Virus record (IMG/VR): IMGVR_UViG_3300022555_000042
Length of the DNA: 64,000 bases
Strand: one strand, 5' to 3'
DNA from: an uncultured virus (IMG/VR IMGVR_UViG_3300022555_000042)
Lineage: Duplodnaviria; Heunggongvirae; Uroviricota; Caudoviricetes
Shown here one piece after another: positions 1-10,201 of this stretch. The first letter of the stretch is position 1. The number at the start of each line of letters is the position of its first letter. The position numbers were made by a program, and so were the translations under genes. The notes below the pieces were generated by a model. It was not told the origin of the DNA, made no database searches, and saw only the letters and a list, made by a program, of their open reading frames with translations.

Positions 1-274
1 CCCTAGGATTGATTACCCGGCGTCCGTTGGTTTCCAATAACGTTACAGACCTAGCCCTTTGGCCGCTGGAACTGAGTAGCGGTCTGACTGCTGAGGAGCT
101 AATGCTGAAACTCTCGGGCGGTGATTCGTCGGTATCGGATCCGTTGGGTGGGTTGCTTGAATGCGCTTATGGCGCTCAAACCTTCAACTAGCCCGTTGTT
201 TGTGTCTAGGTTGTCTGTGATTTGGCTGGCAATTTCGTTGATATCGTCATAGTTCATAGTTCACTACCCTATAT

Positions 275-523
275 TTGAATACATTGATATACCGTCACGG
301 GCTTTTGCGAATGTATTTGAGGCGCATGACACCTCAGGACAGTAAGATGCTCGATGATTTGTATGGCCTTAAGCAGCTAAGCTGTATTGTTCCGGAGCGT
401 GATTGCCAGTTTGTGAATGGTCTGCACAAGAAGCGGTCGCTAATTACCGATTACATTATGACCGCGACCCAGCGAGCACGGCTTACTGCGATTTGGCAGG
501 GCACAGCCAAATATAATACATGA
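275..523 (+). CDS. hypothetical protein
   Basis: 82-aa ORF overlapping the next start; true start uncertain. Confidence 0.4.
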   Translation: MNTLIYRHGLLRMYLRRMTPQDSKMLDDLYGLKQLSCIVPERDCQFVNGLHKKRSLITDYIMTATQRARLTAIWQGTAKYNT

Positions 524-1473
524 AATTGAAGACCATATCTGAGGGGTATCTCGACAGGCCGCGTCAATCTGCCGATGAAATCTTTAGCAAGATTGCGGAG
601 CATGCCCTAGTTTTCTTCGACGTCCGCGTCTCTGACCAAGAGCCGGCCAACGTTTGGAGCCAGATTGTCAGCATTGCGGCAGTGGCCAAGGACTTAAACG
701 CTAGTGGCCGCTCAGATGTGGGGAGATTTTACGAAGTCGCCGAGCTGGAGCCAGAAACCAGGGCCGAACTAGATGCACAACGGACTGAGCGAGACATTGA
801 AGATACAGATCCGGAGCAAAGCGAAAAGCGGCTGGAAGAAATTACCATCGAGAAGATGCTAGAGGATGCCGGATATGATTATGAATCAGTTGGGGCGGGG
901 AGCCATCCGTCCAGTGTGTTAGAAGCTTTTGCGGGCAGGGAGGGCTTCCTCAATAAGTATATCGCAGCCTATCCCAAGGGGGTGATCTTGGTGGCTTATG
1001 ATGCCCGTTGGCAGTGGCGTCAGCTTAACGGGCATTTGGCCAAGTATAGCATGGATCCGCTCCGAGCACAGCGTAATGGGTTACTAGTGTTGGATATTAA
1101 ACAGCTGGTCCAATATTATTTCGGGCCGCTATTTAAGGCGTGGGCCTCCACTAGGGCAACCAACCAGGCCAGGGAGATGGCTGCCAAATTCAAGAATTTG
1201 AAGGGCGAGGGTGGTTTAGGGTATGCTGACGTTAGCCCAGACCGGCTTGCCCAGATGCTTGGTGATTTACCAATTGACCCGGCTGGATTGGAGCGTGCTT
1301 TCCCTATTCAGATGCCCAAGCACGGTATGACCAGCCTGGATCGTGTGCTGGCCATGGCTAATGCGGCCTGGGAGATGCTGCAGTTTATCAAGAGACACAG
1401 CGATTACATGAGTCAGTTGAATTACAAGAATTATGTCGACAAAGCCATCCAGTCCACTCAAAAACCAATATAG
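520..1473 (+). CDS. DEDDh 3'-5' exonuclease-like protein, catalytic motifs degenerate
   Basis: LVFFDVRVS..QIVSIAAV and ILVAYDARWQ occupy the ExoI and ExoII positions (canonical FFDxETTG and LVAHNAxFD). Confidence 0.55.
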   Translation: MKLKTISEGYLDRPRQSADEIFSKIAEHALVFFDVRVSDQEPANVWSQIVSIAAVAKDLNASGRSDVGRFYEVAELEPETRAELDAQRTERDIEDTDPEQSEKRLEEITIEKMLEDAGYDYESVGAGSHPSSVLEAFAGREGFLNKYIAAYPKGVILVAYDARWQWRQLNGHLAKYSMDPLRAQRNGLLVLDIKQLVQYYFGPLFKAWASTRATNQAREMAAKFKNLKGEGGLGYADVSPDRLAQMLGDLPIDPAGLERAFPIQMPKHGMTSLDRVLAMANAAWEMLQFIKRHSDYMSQLNYKNYVDKAIQSTQKPI

Positions 1474-1492
1474 TAGATAGTTCTATCGCATA

Positions 1493-1519
1493 TTTCCCGC
1501 CGCGACGAGCGCGCGTCAC
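1493..1519 (+). promoter_or_regulatory. TTTCC-N17-GTCAC motif upstream of the sigma gene
   Basis: One of nine copies with identical spacing (see findings). Confidence 0.55.
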
Positions 1520-1544
1520 GCGTGTCTAGCGAAAGAGAGGAACT

Positions 1545-2501
1545 ATGCTGAACCTTAGAGTAGTTATGCCGAAGTCACTTGCCCCCAACACCGCCCGCCA
1601 CCGTGCGGCTTGCCTTCAAGCCGGGCTTACTGAGTCTGTGCTTAGGCAGGCCTATAGTAATCCCATTAAATTCATGAAAAACCGCGCCTTCCGGCGTGTT
1701 GGCATCGAGCAAGAGTTGTTCAGCGATGATATGATGTCTATTCCGCCGGTCGATTGGTATCACCCCATGGTGGATGGGGACAATGGGGAGCGTGTTAGGA
1801 ATGCTACTCTAACGCCGGAGCAGGAGAGGAAGCTGTTCCTGCAGTACAATTACGCCAAGATGCAGGCCAAGGTAGCGGTGGAGTGGTTTTTCGACCACCC
1901 TGGTCAGAAGGTGGCGAAAGAGATTGCCACTTGGTTCCCTCGGGCCATGCATGCCCGCGAGGTGCTAGTGCGGGCCAATCTGCCCCTTGTGTTGTCTATG
2001 CTTGGCAAAACCTGGGAAAGGCTGTCTTCCGCAGCTGGTTTTAGCAGCGGGGATTGTATTGCCGAGGCCAACATGGCTCTATGCCGTGCAGTAGAAGGCT
2101 TCGACGTGGCTAAGGGGTTCAAGTTCAGCACCTACTGCTGCTATGCCATCATCAAGGGCTTTGGCCGATCCACTGAATCTAATTCTAAGTACTATGCCCA
2201 GAACACCTGTGAGTGGAAGCCAGAGTTCGAGAAAATTGATCAATATGAACATCGCCGCGATGAAATTAACCAGGAGGTGGTTGAGGAATTGAAACAGGTG
2301 TTGGCGCAGAACTCTGCCCAGTTATCTGACAATGAGAGAATCGTGATCAAGAAGCGGTTCAACCTCGATGGGCAAGGCGAATGGACTCTGGATAAAGTTG
2401 GGGAGCACATTGCTCTAACCAAAGAGCGGGTGCGGCAAATCCAGAATATTGCTCTTGGAAAGCTCCGGGACGCGATTGAGCTGGAGTCAGTGCACTTCTA
2501 G
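1545..2501 (+). CDS. RNA polymerase sigma-70 family factor
   Basis: Region 2 (RANLPLV..ALCRAVEGFDVAKGFKFSTY) and region 4 HTH (TLDKVGEHIALTKERVRQIQ); GAGGA RBS. Confidence 0.93.
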   Translation: MLNLRVVMPKSLAPNTARHRAACLQAGLTESVLRQAYSNPIKFMKNRAFRRVGIEQELFSDDMMSIPPVDWYHPMVDGDNGERVRNATLTPEQERKLFLQYNYAKMQAKVAVEWFFDHPGQKVAKEIATWFPRAMHAREVLVRANLPLVLSMLGKTWERLSSAAGFSSGDCIAEANMALCRAVEGFDVAKGFKFSTYCCYAIIKGFGRSTESNSKYYAQNTCEWKPEFEKIDQYEHRRDEINQEVVEELKQVLAQNSAQLSDNERIVIKKRFNLDGQGEWTLDKVGEHIALTKERVRQIQNIALGKLRDAIELESVHF

Positions 2502-2550
2502 TATTTTAGCCATAAGCCAGAGCGTAGATAGGCTATCTTTGGAGGAACTT

Positions 2551-4194
2551 ATGGCTAAGCAAGTGATGTTCAATAATTCTCAGTCGCAGGACGCACGGGA
2601 GAGGATCCGCAACGGCATCAGAATCCTGGCTGAGGCTGTCAAGATTACCTTAGGGCCGTCTGGGCGGGTGGTCATGTATGAGCGTGACCATGGCGACCCC
2701 GCCATCACCAAGGATGGCGTGACGGTAGCCAAACAGATTGAGCTTGAAGATCCTGTTGAGAATATGGCCGCAGCCATGGTTCGGCAAGCCGCCACCAAGA
2801 CTGCTATCACCGCTGGGGATGGCACCACTACTGCTACCATCTATGCCCAGGCTATCTATGAGGCCGGCATCAAAGGCATTAGCTCTGGGGCTAATCCCCA
2901 GGAAGTGCGGCGTGGGATTGAGTACGCCACCCAGGAAGTAATCAAGAAAATCAAGGAGATGGCCCGGCCTGTGGTTGATCTCAATCAGGTTAAGCAGGTG
3001 GCTATTTGTAGTTCCAACCAGGATGTCGCCATTGGCACTATGATCGCCGAAGCCATGGAGAAGGTGGGGAGGGATGGTATCATCACGATCGAGGAGGGGC
3101 AATCCCTCAACACCGTGATTGAGCTGGTTGACGGTCTGCAGTTTGCTCGTGGGTATCTCAGCCCGCAGTTTGTCACTGACACTGAGACCATGCTGGCACG
3201 GTATGAAGACCCACAGCGTCCCTATCTGCTAGTGACTGACCAGAAGATTGGCGATCTTCGCCTGACCCTGCGCATTATGGAGATGGTAGTCAAGGAACTG
3301 CGCAACGAACCGCTGGTAATAATTGCGGATGACTTCTCGGACGATGCTCTTTCGGCCTTGATCCTGAACCGGATTAAGGGGCAACTCAACATTGTGGCAG
3401 TGAAGGCTCCAGGGTTTGGTGACCGTAAGCGGCAGAGCTGCGAAGATATCGCTATCGCTACGGGGGCTACGCTCATCAGCAAAGATGGGGTTGATTTCAA
3501 CGCCATGAAGGTATCGCATCTTGGCCGGTGCAAGAAGATCAAGATTGATCGTGATACTACGACTATCATTGATGGCGCTGGGGACCCCGCTAAAGTTCAA
3601 GCTAGGATTGACCAGTTGAAGTCGCAGATGGAGGCAACTCCGGGCGACTTCGATCGGGAGCGGGTCCAGGAGAGGTTGGCCAGGCTGACTGGCTCGGTCG
3701 CACAGATTTTTGTCGGCGGCGCGACGGAAGTGGAAGTCCGAGAGAGGCGGGATCGGATTGAGGATGCTTTGCACGCATGCAAGGCGGCGATTGAGGAAGG
3801 GATTCTGCCTGGTGGCGGGGTGGCGGCACTTCATGCCATTAAGTCGATTGATTTTGTGTCGCCCAATGAGGATTTCCGGATTGGTGTGGATATCATCCGG
3901 AAAGCGTTAGAGGCTCCTCTGCGGCAGATCGCTATTAACACTGGGCAGGATGATGGGGTGGTGGTATCGAAGGTGGTTGAGGCTACCGACATTGCTTTTG
4001 GATTTGATGCTTCCAAAAAGGCCTATGGGAATATGGTCGCCTTTGGGATCATCGTCCCGGCTAAGGTTGAGCGGGTGGCCTTGCAGAATGCCGCGTCGGT
4101 GTCGGGGCTTCTTCTGACCACAGACTGCACTATTTCTAGGATGAGAGGGGAGAAGGCTGAGCAGGCGATGCCGCAGTTTCCCTCATTAGCTTAG
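2551..4194 (+). CDS. groEL: chaperonin GroEL
   Basis: TLGPSGR, ITKDGVTVAK, AGDGTTTAT, KAPGFGD, RIEDAL, EEGILPGGG; GGAGGA RBS before ATG 2551. Confidence 0.97.
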   Translation: MAKQVMFNNSQSQDARERIRNGIRILAEAVKITLGPSGRVVMYERDHGDPAITKDGVTVAKQIELEDPVENMAAAMVRQAATKTAITAGDGTTTATIYAQAIYEAGIKGISSGANPQEVRRGIEYATQEVIKKIKEMARPVVDLNQVKQVAICSSNQDVAIGTMIAEAMEKVGRDGIITIEEGQSLNTVIELVDGLQFARGYLSPQFVTDTETMLARYEDPQRPYLLVTDQKIGDLRLTLRIMEMVVKELRNEPLVIIADDFSDDALSALILNRIKGQLNIVAVKAPGFGDRKRQSCEDIAIATGATLISKDGVDFNAMKVSHLGRCKKIKIDRDTTTIIDGAGDPAKVQARIDQLKSQMEATPGDFDRERVQERLARLTGSVAQIFVGGATEVEVRERRDRIEDALHACKAAIEEGILPGGGVAALHAIKSIDFVSPNEDFRIGVDIIRKALEAPLRQIAINTGQDDGVVVSKVVEATDIAFGFDASKKAYGNMVAFGIIVPAKVERVALQNAASVSGLLLTTDCTISRMRGEKAEQAMPQFPSLA

Positions 4195-4664
4195 AGGTTT
4201 GCACCTTCGTCGGCACCCTGCTTCTGCTTCAACTCTTCGCAATATTTTGCGATTTTGGTTACGATGTGGTCGCGGTCAGAGATGGACAGATGCTGGAGTC
4301 TCTCCGGCATCTCATCGTCGTCGAGGATCCAATAATCCTTATCCTCTTTTTTACTGGGGTCAATAAATTGGCCGGGGCCTAATCTCCGGGCCGCCTCCCA
4401 AATGGTATCCCCGTCGGTAATGATCATTTCATCGGGAGACTCAACGTAACCAAATTTGGGATGGTTGATGCCAGTGGGGACTTTATCCACGACGTATTGG
4501 CTGGAACTATCAAACGTTATGCGTACCAAGAAATAGGGGGTGGCATCTACTCGCCCAGCGGCTCGCGAGATGAACCGCCCACCAGCCCCGTCTTGGATGA
4601 TGACTATATCTTTGACGTCTGCTCTGCCGACGTTCCGCTTGGTGGATTTTTCGAAGTTAATCAT
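4191..4664 (-). CDS. hypothetical protein
   Basis: Start moved to ATG 4664, which has a GGAGG RBS and an upstream GTTGC-N17-GACAC motif. Confidence 0.65.
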   Translation of the reverse strand: MINFEKSTKRNVGRADVKDIVIIQDGAGGRFISRAAGRVDATPYFLVRITFDSSSQYVVDKVPTGINHPKFGYVESPDEMIITDGDTIWEAARRLGPGQFIDPSKKEDKDYWILDDDEMPERLQHLSISDRDHIVTKIAKYCEELKQKQGADEGANL

Positions 4665-4683
4665 GCGATCCTCCAGCTCTGTG

Positions 4684-4710
4684 GTGTCGCGCGGCGGCGG
4701 CGCGAGCAAC
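4684..4710 (-). promoter_or_regulatory. GTTGC-N17-GACAC motif
   Basis: Same spacing and GCGC-NN-CAC core as the other copies. Confidence 0.5.
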
Positions 4711-4718
4711 TCCCATAG

Positions 4719-4922
4719 ATGAATAGGCAAAACTACTATATGGATAAGTTTGCCGAACGAATAGACTCGATTCTGGAGTCTGGTCATTGGGCTGTATATA
4801 CAGGAAAGGGCCAGGGGTCGGCCCATATCATTGTGGATCCCAAGAGCTGGCCTAAACTGCAACGGATGACTAAAAAGGGCCTTGCACCCAAAAAGAGCAA
4901 TAGAATAGCCGGGAAGATCTAA
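4719..4922 (+). CDS. small hypothetical protein
   Basis: Stop overlaps the next start (TAATG). Confidence 0.5.
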   Translation: MNRQNYYMDKFAERIDSILESGHWAVYTGKGQGSAHIIVDPKSWPKLQRMTKKGLAPKKSNRIAGKI

Positions 4923-6571
4923 TGCAACCAGCATTTCCAATCAATCCATTTGGCGGCCAAGAGTACGTGGATGCTTGGCGGATTAAGTGGGTCTACGACG
5001 CCGAGCAAGACAACTGGACTATGGTTGGGGTCGTTCTAGATGTTCCTATCGCGCGTCCGCCCGACTCCACAGATGGTCCGACTAATGGCCTCCTATCCGC
5101 CGCCAGCAAGACTCTCCTGGACAAACTGCCAGATAAGGCCGGCGGATTCGGGATCTTGCTGAAGCCAGGTTACTATATTACCCCAGATAAGGGTGCCGAC
5201 AACATCCTCACTGGCGACATCCAGCTTATCAGCGAAACCCTGCAGTTTACCTGCCTTAATGACACTGGGAGCAGCATCTTCGGACCTATCCCAACCATTA
5301 AGATTGCATTGAGCAATGACTTCTTACAAGCGTATTCACTCAATATCAAAGGCCCCAAAGGGAAGACTGGTGAGGTGGGCAATAAGGGCAGAAGTGGGCG
5401 GCCTGGCACAGGGGATGGTCCGGTTGGCGATCCCGGCCCAGATGGGCAAGATGCAGCTACACATCACACCCTTAGTGGGATAAAGTACGTCGAGCTGGAC
5501 TCGGTCTATGATACAGCGGTAGTGGGTTTGCGGCTCGACCCAGCCACCTCAACTCTAGAAGTAACCAAAGCTAAAATGGATGTGCCGGGAGACAATCGGG
5601 CAGCGTCCAGAGTCGCCGCTACTCCGGTGGTTCGTGATGTTGAATTCACAGGCTCAGACTTATCCAGCTGGCAGTTGGTAGCCCCCGGCAGCGATAGTGC
5701 CTCCACCGATTTGAACCTCGTTAAACTTCCCAAGGGTTGGTCGGGGCAATCTGGTACCCCAGTGCCAGTAACGCCCGTGAAGCTGAGTACGGTGGTGCAG
5801 TCCATCGTTGACTATTATCAAACCCAGGCTAATACCATTATTACTCAATGGGAAGCGGCCCTGCGAGACTGGGTTTCGGCTAAGGATAAAGAAGCTCGGC
5901 AGGCGTTGTTCTCTCTCGCCACAGAGGTCGCTGAATGCCAGTTCCAGTTGCCCCTAGAGATGTGCGTGGGCATCAAGAAAGTACCTTGCACTAACCCAGA
6001 TCCACCGGTTAGCCCAGCTGGTGGTCCGACCGCGACCGGATCGGTGGTAGTTATTGTACTGGCCGATGAAGCGCCTGGGTATGACGGACAATATGCGATA
6101 TATTCTGCCGATCGCGAGCAGGCTTCGACTTTTTACAACAGGTTCCCATGCTTTCAGGATAATCTGATCCAATCTAAATGTTTAGTGGGCATTCTAATTC
6201 CATGCGGGGCAACGGTGAAGGCTCTGGGGCCGTCTAACAATGTGGATTTACCACTAGGATGGACGGCATCAACTACCGGCTCTACGCCTACCACATTGGA
6301 TTTACTCAATATTTGGACATCTATCATAAGCACTCAGGCTAGTGGATCCAAACCATATATTGGTGACATCACTAATGTGATTATACTGGTGGATGACACC
6401 CCAGCCAGGGCGGTGCCGAGCGAATTGTTTGCCGCTTCCCTCGAGCCAGGCTTGGGCAATTTCATCAGTCTACTGCGATCGACTACCAATGCCAACATCG
6501 TTGAGGTACCTTATACTTCGGAGCGTTGGGCCGCCGAGGTATCGGCGGTGCTATCCAATTTAGGAATATAG
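4922..6571 (+). CDS. putative virion structural protein with short collagen segment
   Basis: FPINPFGGQEY N-terminus, Gly-X-Y run (GPKGKTGEVGNKG), paralogous to 6573 and 30219. Confidence 0.65.
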   Translation: MQPAFPINPFGGQEYVDAWRIKWVYDAEQDNWTMVGVVLDVPIARPPDSTDGPTNGLLSAASKTLLDKLPDKAGGFGILLKPGYYITPDKGADNILTGDIQLISETLQFTCLNDTGSSIFGPIPTIKIALSNDFLQAYSLNIKGPKGKTGEVGNKGRSGRPGTGDGPVGDPGPDGQDAATHHTLSGIKYVELDSVYDTAVVGLRLDPATSTLEVTKAKMDVPGDNRAASRVAATPVVRDVEFTGSDLSSWQLVAPGSDSASTDLNLVKLPKGWSGQSGTPVPVTPVKLSTVVQSIVDYYQTQANTIITQWEAALRDWVSAKDKEARQALFSLATEVAECQFQLPLEMCVGIKKVPCTNPDPPVSPAGGPTATGSVVVIVLADEAPGYDGQYAIYSADREQASTFYNRFPCFQDNLIQSKCLVGILIPCGATVKALGPSNNVDLPLGWTASTTGSTPTTLDLLNIWTSIISTQASGSKPYIGDITNVIILVDDTPARAVPSELFAASLEPGLGNFISLLRSTTNANIVEVPYTSERWAAEVSAVLSNLGI

Positions 6572-6572
6572 C

Positions 6573-8648
6573 ATGAAATTCCCGGACAACCCAACCAACG
6601 GACAAGTTTATGAGGCCTCGCCAGGTGTCTACTACGAATATAGCACACCGACCAAGTCCTGGTATAGGATTGTGGCCCCTTCTATTCCTCTGGCTACGCA
6701 CAACGCCGCCGGGCTGATGTCGGCAGACGATTACAAGAAAATCCTGGGCTTAATCGTTCCTCCACCGCAGATTGCTCTTAGCTTCGAAGGTTGCACCACA
6801 ACTTATAGCAATGGATATATCAATCTTGTTGGTGACGATACTGGCATCATTACTGTTGAGGTTAAGAGCAGCAACCTCCACGAGAATACTGCCCAGATCA
6901 ATTTGGGCCTTGATACCCAGAAGCTAGCAGACAAGCTGATTGAACTAGGCCAGCTGCGTATGACTGCCCCCGTGGGGGATCGCGGGGCGCAGGGCGAGAC
7001 CGGTGACGCTGGGGCTGACCATCTCCCAGTTGGTCCACAAGGTCCGGATGGGAAAGACGGAGCTAACGCGGCCTGGCCTGGGTCATTGACTGAGGAATCC
7101 TTTAATGTGGTCAGCCAAGACCGCGGCATCGTGGATATCGGAGTGGAGAAAGTTAGCCCGACCGAGAATTATATCATAGTGACCAGGGCCAACATTGGCA
7201 ATCCGGATGCGTGCCCTGACACCATTTTGCCGCAGGATGTTGTTAGCCCCTGGGTATTGGGATTTTCTACTCCAACTGCCGCAACCCAATTGGTCAATCA
7301 GTCAGGCCAGACCTGTGGTTGGGCTTGCAATTCAGATCTCTATTATTTTGATATGGATGCGGTAGTGCAGTCCATCCGGACCCAATTCCTGGCTTATCTG
7401 GCCAAGACCAAGGCGGCCAAGGAGCAGTTAGCCCAGGATTGGTTGTCGGCAATGATGACCCTGTTCAATGAGCAGAAATCTGCGCTGTGCTGTGCTCTGG
7501 AGGCATGCCGCTCTCGGACGCGCAATCAGGACGCTCGCAGGTACCTGGAGCAGCAGGGGATTCAGGCGGCTCAGTCCAATTATTCTTTACTGGTTGGGAC
7601 CGAGGGCGACAAAGAATTCCCGCCGCTGGGTCCAAGCGGCGAATGTAAGTGGGATATCGCGTCGGCCAATTACAATCCAGTTCACTTGTCTGATCCTAAT
7701 TGCGCTGTGGATTGGTCGCAGGTTTGTCCGGTTAACTACGCGACTCCGCCTGTGGGTCAGCCGACTTCCGGTTCCGTGCGGGAGTCGAAGCTGGGGGCCA
7801 GTCGAGCCATATCCTCGTGGGATTACTCGACAACGCCGCCCACCGCCCCCGATGGGACGGATCCGCTTCCTCCTGGCCTTTATATTGAGCGTGACACGGG
7901 CCTGGTGGCATGGTTTACGTTCAATGATGCCGCCAATAGCTATTTTCTTGATTCCCAGAACCATAACAATATCCTGAAAGCTGGGGAGTATAGCTATACT
8001 ACTATTAATCGTGAGGCTTTGGGTGTCTGGCCTGGGCTGATGTTGAATGGGCCTAAGATTCCATATGTGACCCCATATGAATGGCCCACGGTGGCCCCCA
8101 CTTATCTGCCCATGGGCAGTGACGCCCGAAGTATCTCGGTCTTTATGCGGCAGGAGAATGTGGTTGAGTCCCTGGCACTCTCAGGGGCCGCGATTTGGTG
8201 GGGCGGGTCGCGGAGAACGATGCTACGTATCGTTGGGCCTTCTTCTCTTGAATCGGATACTGATACTACATATTACGGGCATGTCGAGACTTTCATCGGG
8301 ACTGAGGTTGGGCATGAGGCTGCAATTAGTCGGCAGCCTATCGATGATAATCTTTGGCACCATGTCGCCATGACTTATGATCCTGCTAGTCAGTTCTTGA
8401 CTCTCTATGTTGATAGTCTGATGGTTGGCAGAGTCCAGGGGATCTTCACTGGTGGCTCTGATCCGGATTTGGATCTTTTCCAGATTATGGGCGATAAGAC
8501 TTCGCTTGCAGATTTGCGGGTGTATAAGCGGACGCTGAGCAGCGTAGAAGTGTCCGGCCTATCCAAGAATCGCCTTTGGACTAAGCCTTCGGCTGCTCTA
8601 AGCCTAGTGCAGAATGGTCAAAGCCGGAACGGTGTTTGTGCTGAATAA
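6573..8648 (+). CDS. putative virion protein with collagen segment and C-terminal LamG/concanavalin-like domain
   Basis: FPDNPTNGQVY, Gly-X-Y run, GLVAWFTFND..DNLWHHVAMTYD..LTLYVD..LADLRVYKRTLS. Confidence 0.75.
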   Translation: MKFPDNPTNGQVYEASPGVYYEYSTPTKSWYRIVAPSIPLATHNAAGLMSADDYKKILGLIVPPPQIALSFEGCTTTYSNGYINLVGDDTGIITVEVKSSNLHENTAQINLGLDTQKLADKLIELGQLRMTAPVGDRGAQGETGDAGADHLPVGPQGPDGKDGANAAWPGSLTEESFNVVSQDRGIVDIGVEKVSPTENYIIVTRANIGNPDACPDTILPQDVVSPWVLGFSTPTAATQLVNQSGQTCGWACNSDLYYFDMDAVVQSIRTQFLAYLAKTKAAKEQLAQDWLSAMMTLFNEQKSALCCALEACRSRTRNQDARRYLEQQGIQAAQSNYSLLVGTEGDKEFPPLGPSGECKWDIASANYNPVHLSDPNCAVDWSQVCPVNYATPPVGQPTSGSVRESKLGASRAISSWDYSTTPPTAPDGTDPLPPGLYIERDTGLVAWFTFNDAANSYFLDSQNHNNILKAGEYSYTTINREALGVWPGLMLNGPKIPYVTPYEWPTVAPTYLPMGSDARSISVFMRQENVVESLALSGAAIWWGGSRRTMLRIVGPSSLESDTDTTYYGHVETFIGTEVGHEAAISRQPIDDNLWHHVAMTYDPASQFLTLYVDSLMVGRVQGIFTGGSDPDLDLFQIMGDKTSLADLRVYKRTLSSVEVSGLSKNRLWTKPSAALSLVQNGQSRNGVCAE

Positions 8649-8692
8649 CGCTGGCGGCAGGTCGATGTCGGTCAAGCTAGTGTAGATACGGT

Positions 8693-8977
8693 ATGGAGAA
8701 TTTATTCTATCTGACTCCTGCGGATTTGTGGCATTACGATTATATGCTGCGGCGTGGTTATCATAGGATTGTAGTCCCAGTAGGCTCTCAGAAGTTTGTG
8801 GTGTTTCAGCTAGTTGATAAGCCAGTGTTTATTGCTTGGCCTTCCGCTAGTGGCCAAATTGATTGGATCCCGCAAGGCAATTTGGTTTTTGAGGCTTCTC
8901 CATGGTTTCAGAGTTTTGTGAAACCACATTTGGCCGGGCGTAATGCAAAATGTGTGCTGTTTCCTAAGATGCAGTGA
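8693..8977 (+). CDS. hypothetical protein
   Basis: ORF in a co-directional run. Confidence 0.55.
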   Translation: MENLFYLTPADLWHYDYMLRRGYHRIVVPVGSQKFVVFQLVDKPVFIAWPSASGQIDWIPQGNLVFEASPWFQSFVKPHLAGRNAKCVLFPKMQ

Positions 8978-8984
8978 GGTTCAT

Positions 8985-9659
8985 ATGCCACTTCATGAAG
9001 GTTCGGAATACTACATCGTTAAGGGCTGGTTTGAACACTCAAACGGCTTGCACAATAACCAGTTTTACGGGGCGGTGGCCACGCCGGAAAACTTACTCAA
9101 GCCACGTCGGGTAGTGCTGGCCGGGGCAGATGCTCAAAAGGCCAGCGAAATGGCCGCAAGGCAGCCGGCCAAAGTGTATCCATCTGAGATCCTGGAGGGC
9201 GACACTGGTGGGCTAACTCCAGCTCAGGCGCAGGATACTCAGCGCCTGATCTTGGACCAGGATAAGGTGCAGCGCCGGAAGTGTACTAAATGCGGTGGCT
9301 GTGCGGATCGGGCGAAGGGCCAGAAGTGCGGCTTGCCAATGAACGGGGGAGAGTGTGATGGGGTGATGGGCGACGTTGCTAGTGAGTCGGTGTGTGGTAC
9401 TGGGTCTATCGCGATGAACGCCTATAAATCCGGGATGCCTGACCGGGGCGGCTTTGGCCGGGAGAAGTACACTACTGGTAGGGGTTTTGGGAAGCAGGAG
9501 CCTCAGAAGGGGAATAATTCAAAATTTGGTAAGCGGATCGGGTTGAGGAGCATCAAGCGGGGAACGGGTGCCAAGTTTGGGCTAAAGGGCATTGCCAATA
9601 AGATGAAGAATTTGCCCACAGTCAGCGCATCGGGCGGCTCGCTCGGTGGGAGGTCATAA
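8985..9659 (+). CDS. hypothetical protein with Cys cluster and basic tail
   Basis: GAGG RBS; CTKCGGC..C..C motif. Confidence 0.65.
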   Translation: MPLHEGSEYYIVKGWFEHSNGLHNNQFYGAVATPENLLKPRRVVLAGADAQKASEMAARQPAKVYPSEILEGDTGGLTPAQAQDTQRLILDQDKVQRRKCTKCGGCADRAKGQKCGLPMNGGECDGVMGDVASESVCGTGSIAMNAYKSGMPDRGGFGREKYTTGRGFGKQEPQKGNNSKFGKRIGLRSIKRGTGAKFGLKGIANKMKNLPTVSASGGSLGGRS

Positions 9660-10118
9660 GTGGTCGCAGAGGAAAAAGGGTATCCAAAGATCCTAGAAAA
9701 TTATGATCCGGAAGCGGATGACTTTGTTCGCCATCCCGTTTATCAGTTGGAGGTAAGCATGTACCTCCGGCGTCTTGATCCGACCCCTGAAATGGCTGGG
9801 TTCGGATTGGTTTCGATTGACCCCATTGATTATTATGTGACCAGTGGCGATGCAGTTCAGAAGACGACTTATTTGAGCCGGATCCTGTGGGCCTACGCGG
9901 GCAAAGCTCGCAAGGTCTTGAGTGAGCTGGAACATCCTAGCCAGGAATCTGTGGAGTTTGAGCAGGAGTGCTGGAAACAAGCCGGGAATGCACAGCGGCT
10001 GCTGAATTTGCTGATTAAGGTGCGCGGCCACGATGTATTTTTAGAGACAGAATGGAACCAGCATCAGTTGCTGTGCATCCCCAAAAATCCTCGCTCTAAG
10101 GGCGAGGTCATCGAATAA
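9660..10118 (+). CDS. hypothetical protein
   Basis: GGAGG RBS, abuts the previous gene. Confidence 0.65.
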   Translation: MVAEEKGYPKILENYDPEADDFVRHPVYQLEVSMYLRRLDPTPEMAGFGLVSIDPIDYYVTSGDAVQKTTYLSRILWAYAGKARKVLSELEHPSQESVEFEQECWKQAGNAQRLLNLLIKVRGHDVFLETEWNQHQLLCIPKNPRSKGEVIE

Positions 10119-10129
10119 ATGAGGAAGAC

Positions 10130-10186
10130 ATGAAGTTATTGATCCTGGGTTATACGCAGGTTTTGCCAGCACACAGTGTATCCTAA
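10130..10186 (+). pseudogene. orphaned 5' end of the P-loop kinase gene
   Basis: GAGGA RBS + MKLLILGYTQ, matching KILIVGYTQ of ORF 11001. Confidence 0.7.
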
Positions 10187-10201
10187 AATCAAACATAGAT
10201 T

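Noticed and set aside
9..257. Gene at the window start
   Set aside because: The plus ORF 9..191 lacks support. A minus ORF from ATG 257 has an upstream CAAATATAG but stops after 52 codons, so neither can be called
2449..2550. N-terminal extension of GroEL in the ORF track
   Set aside because: It overlaps the sigma gene; the RBS and the typical MAKQV start indicate ATG 2551
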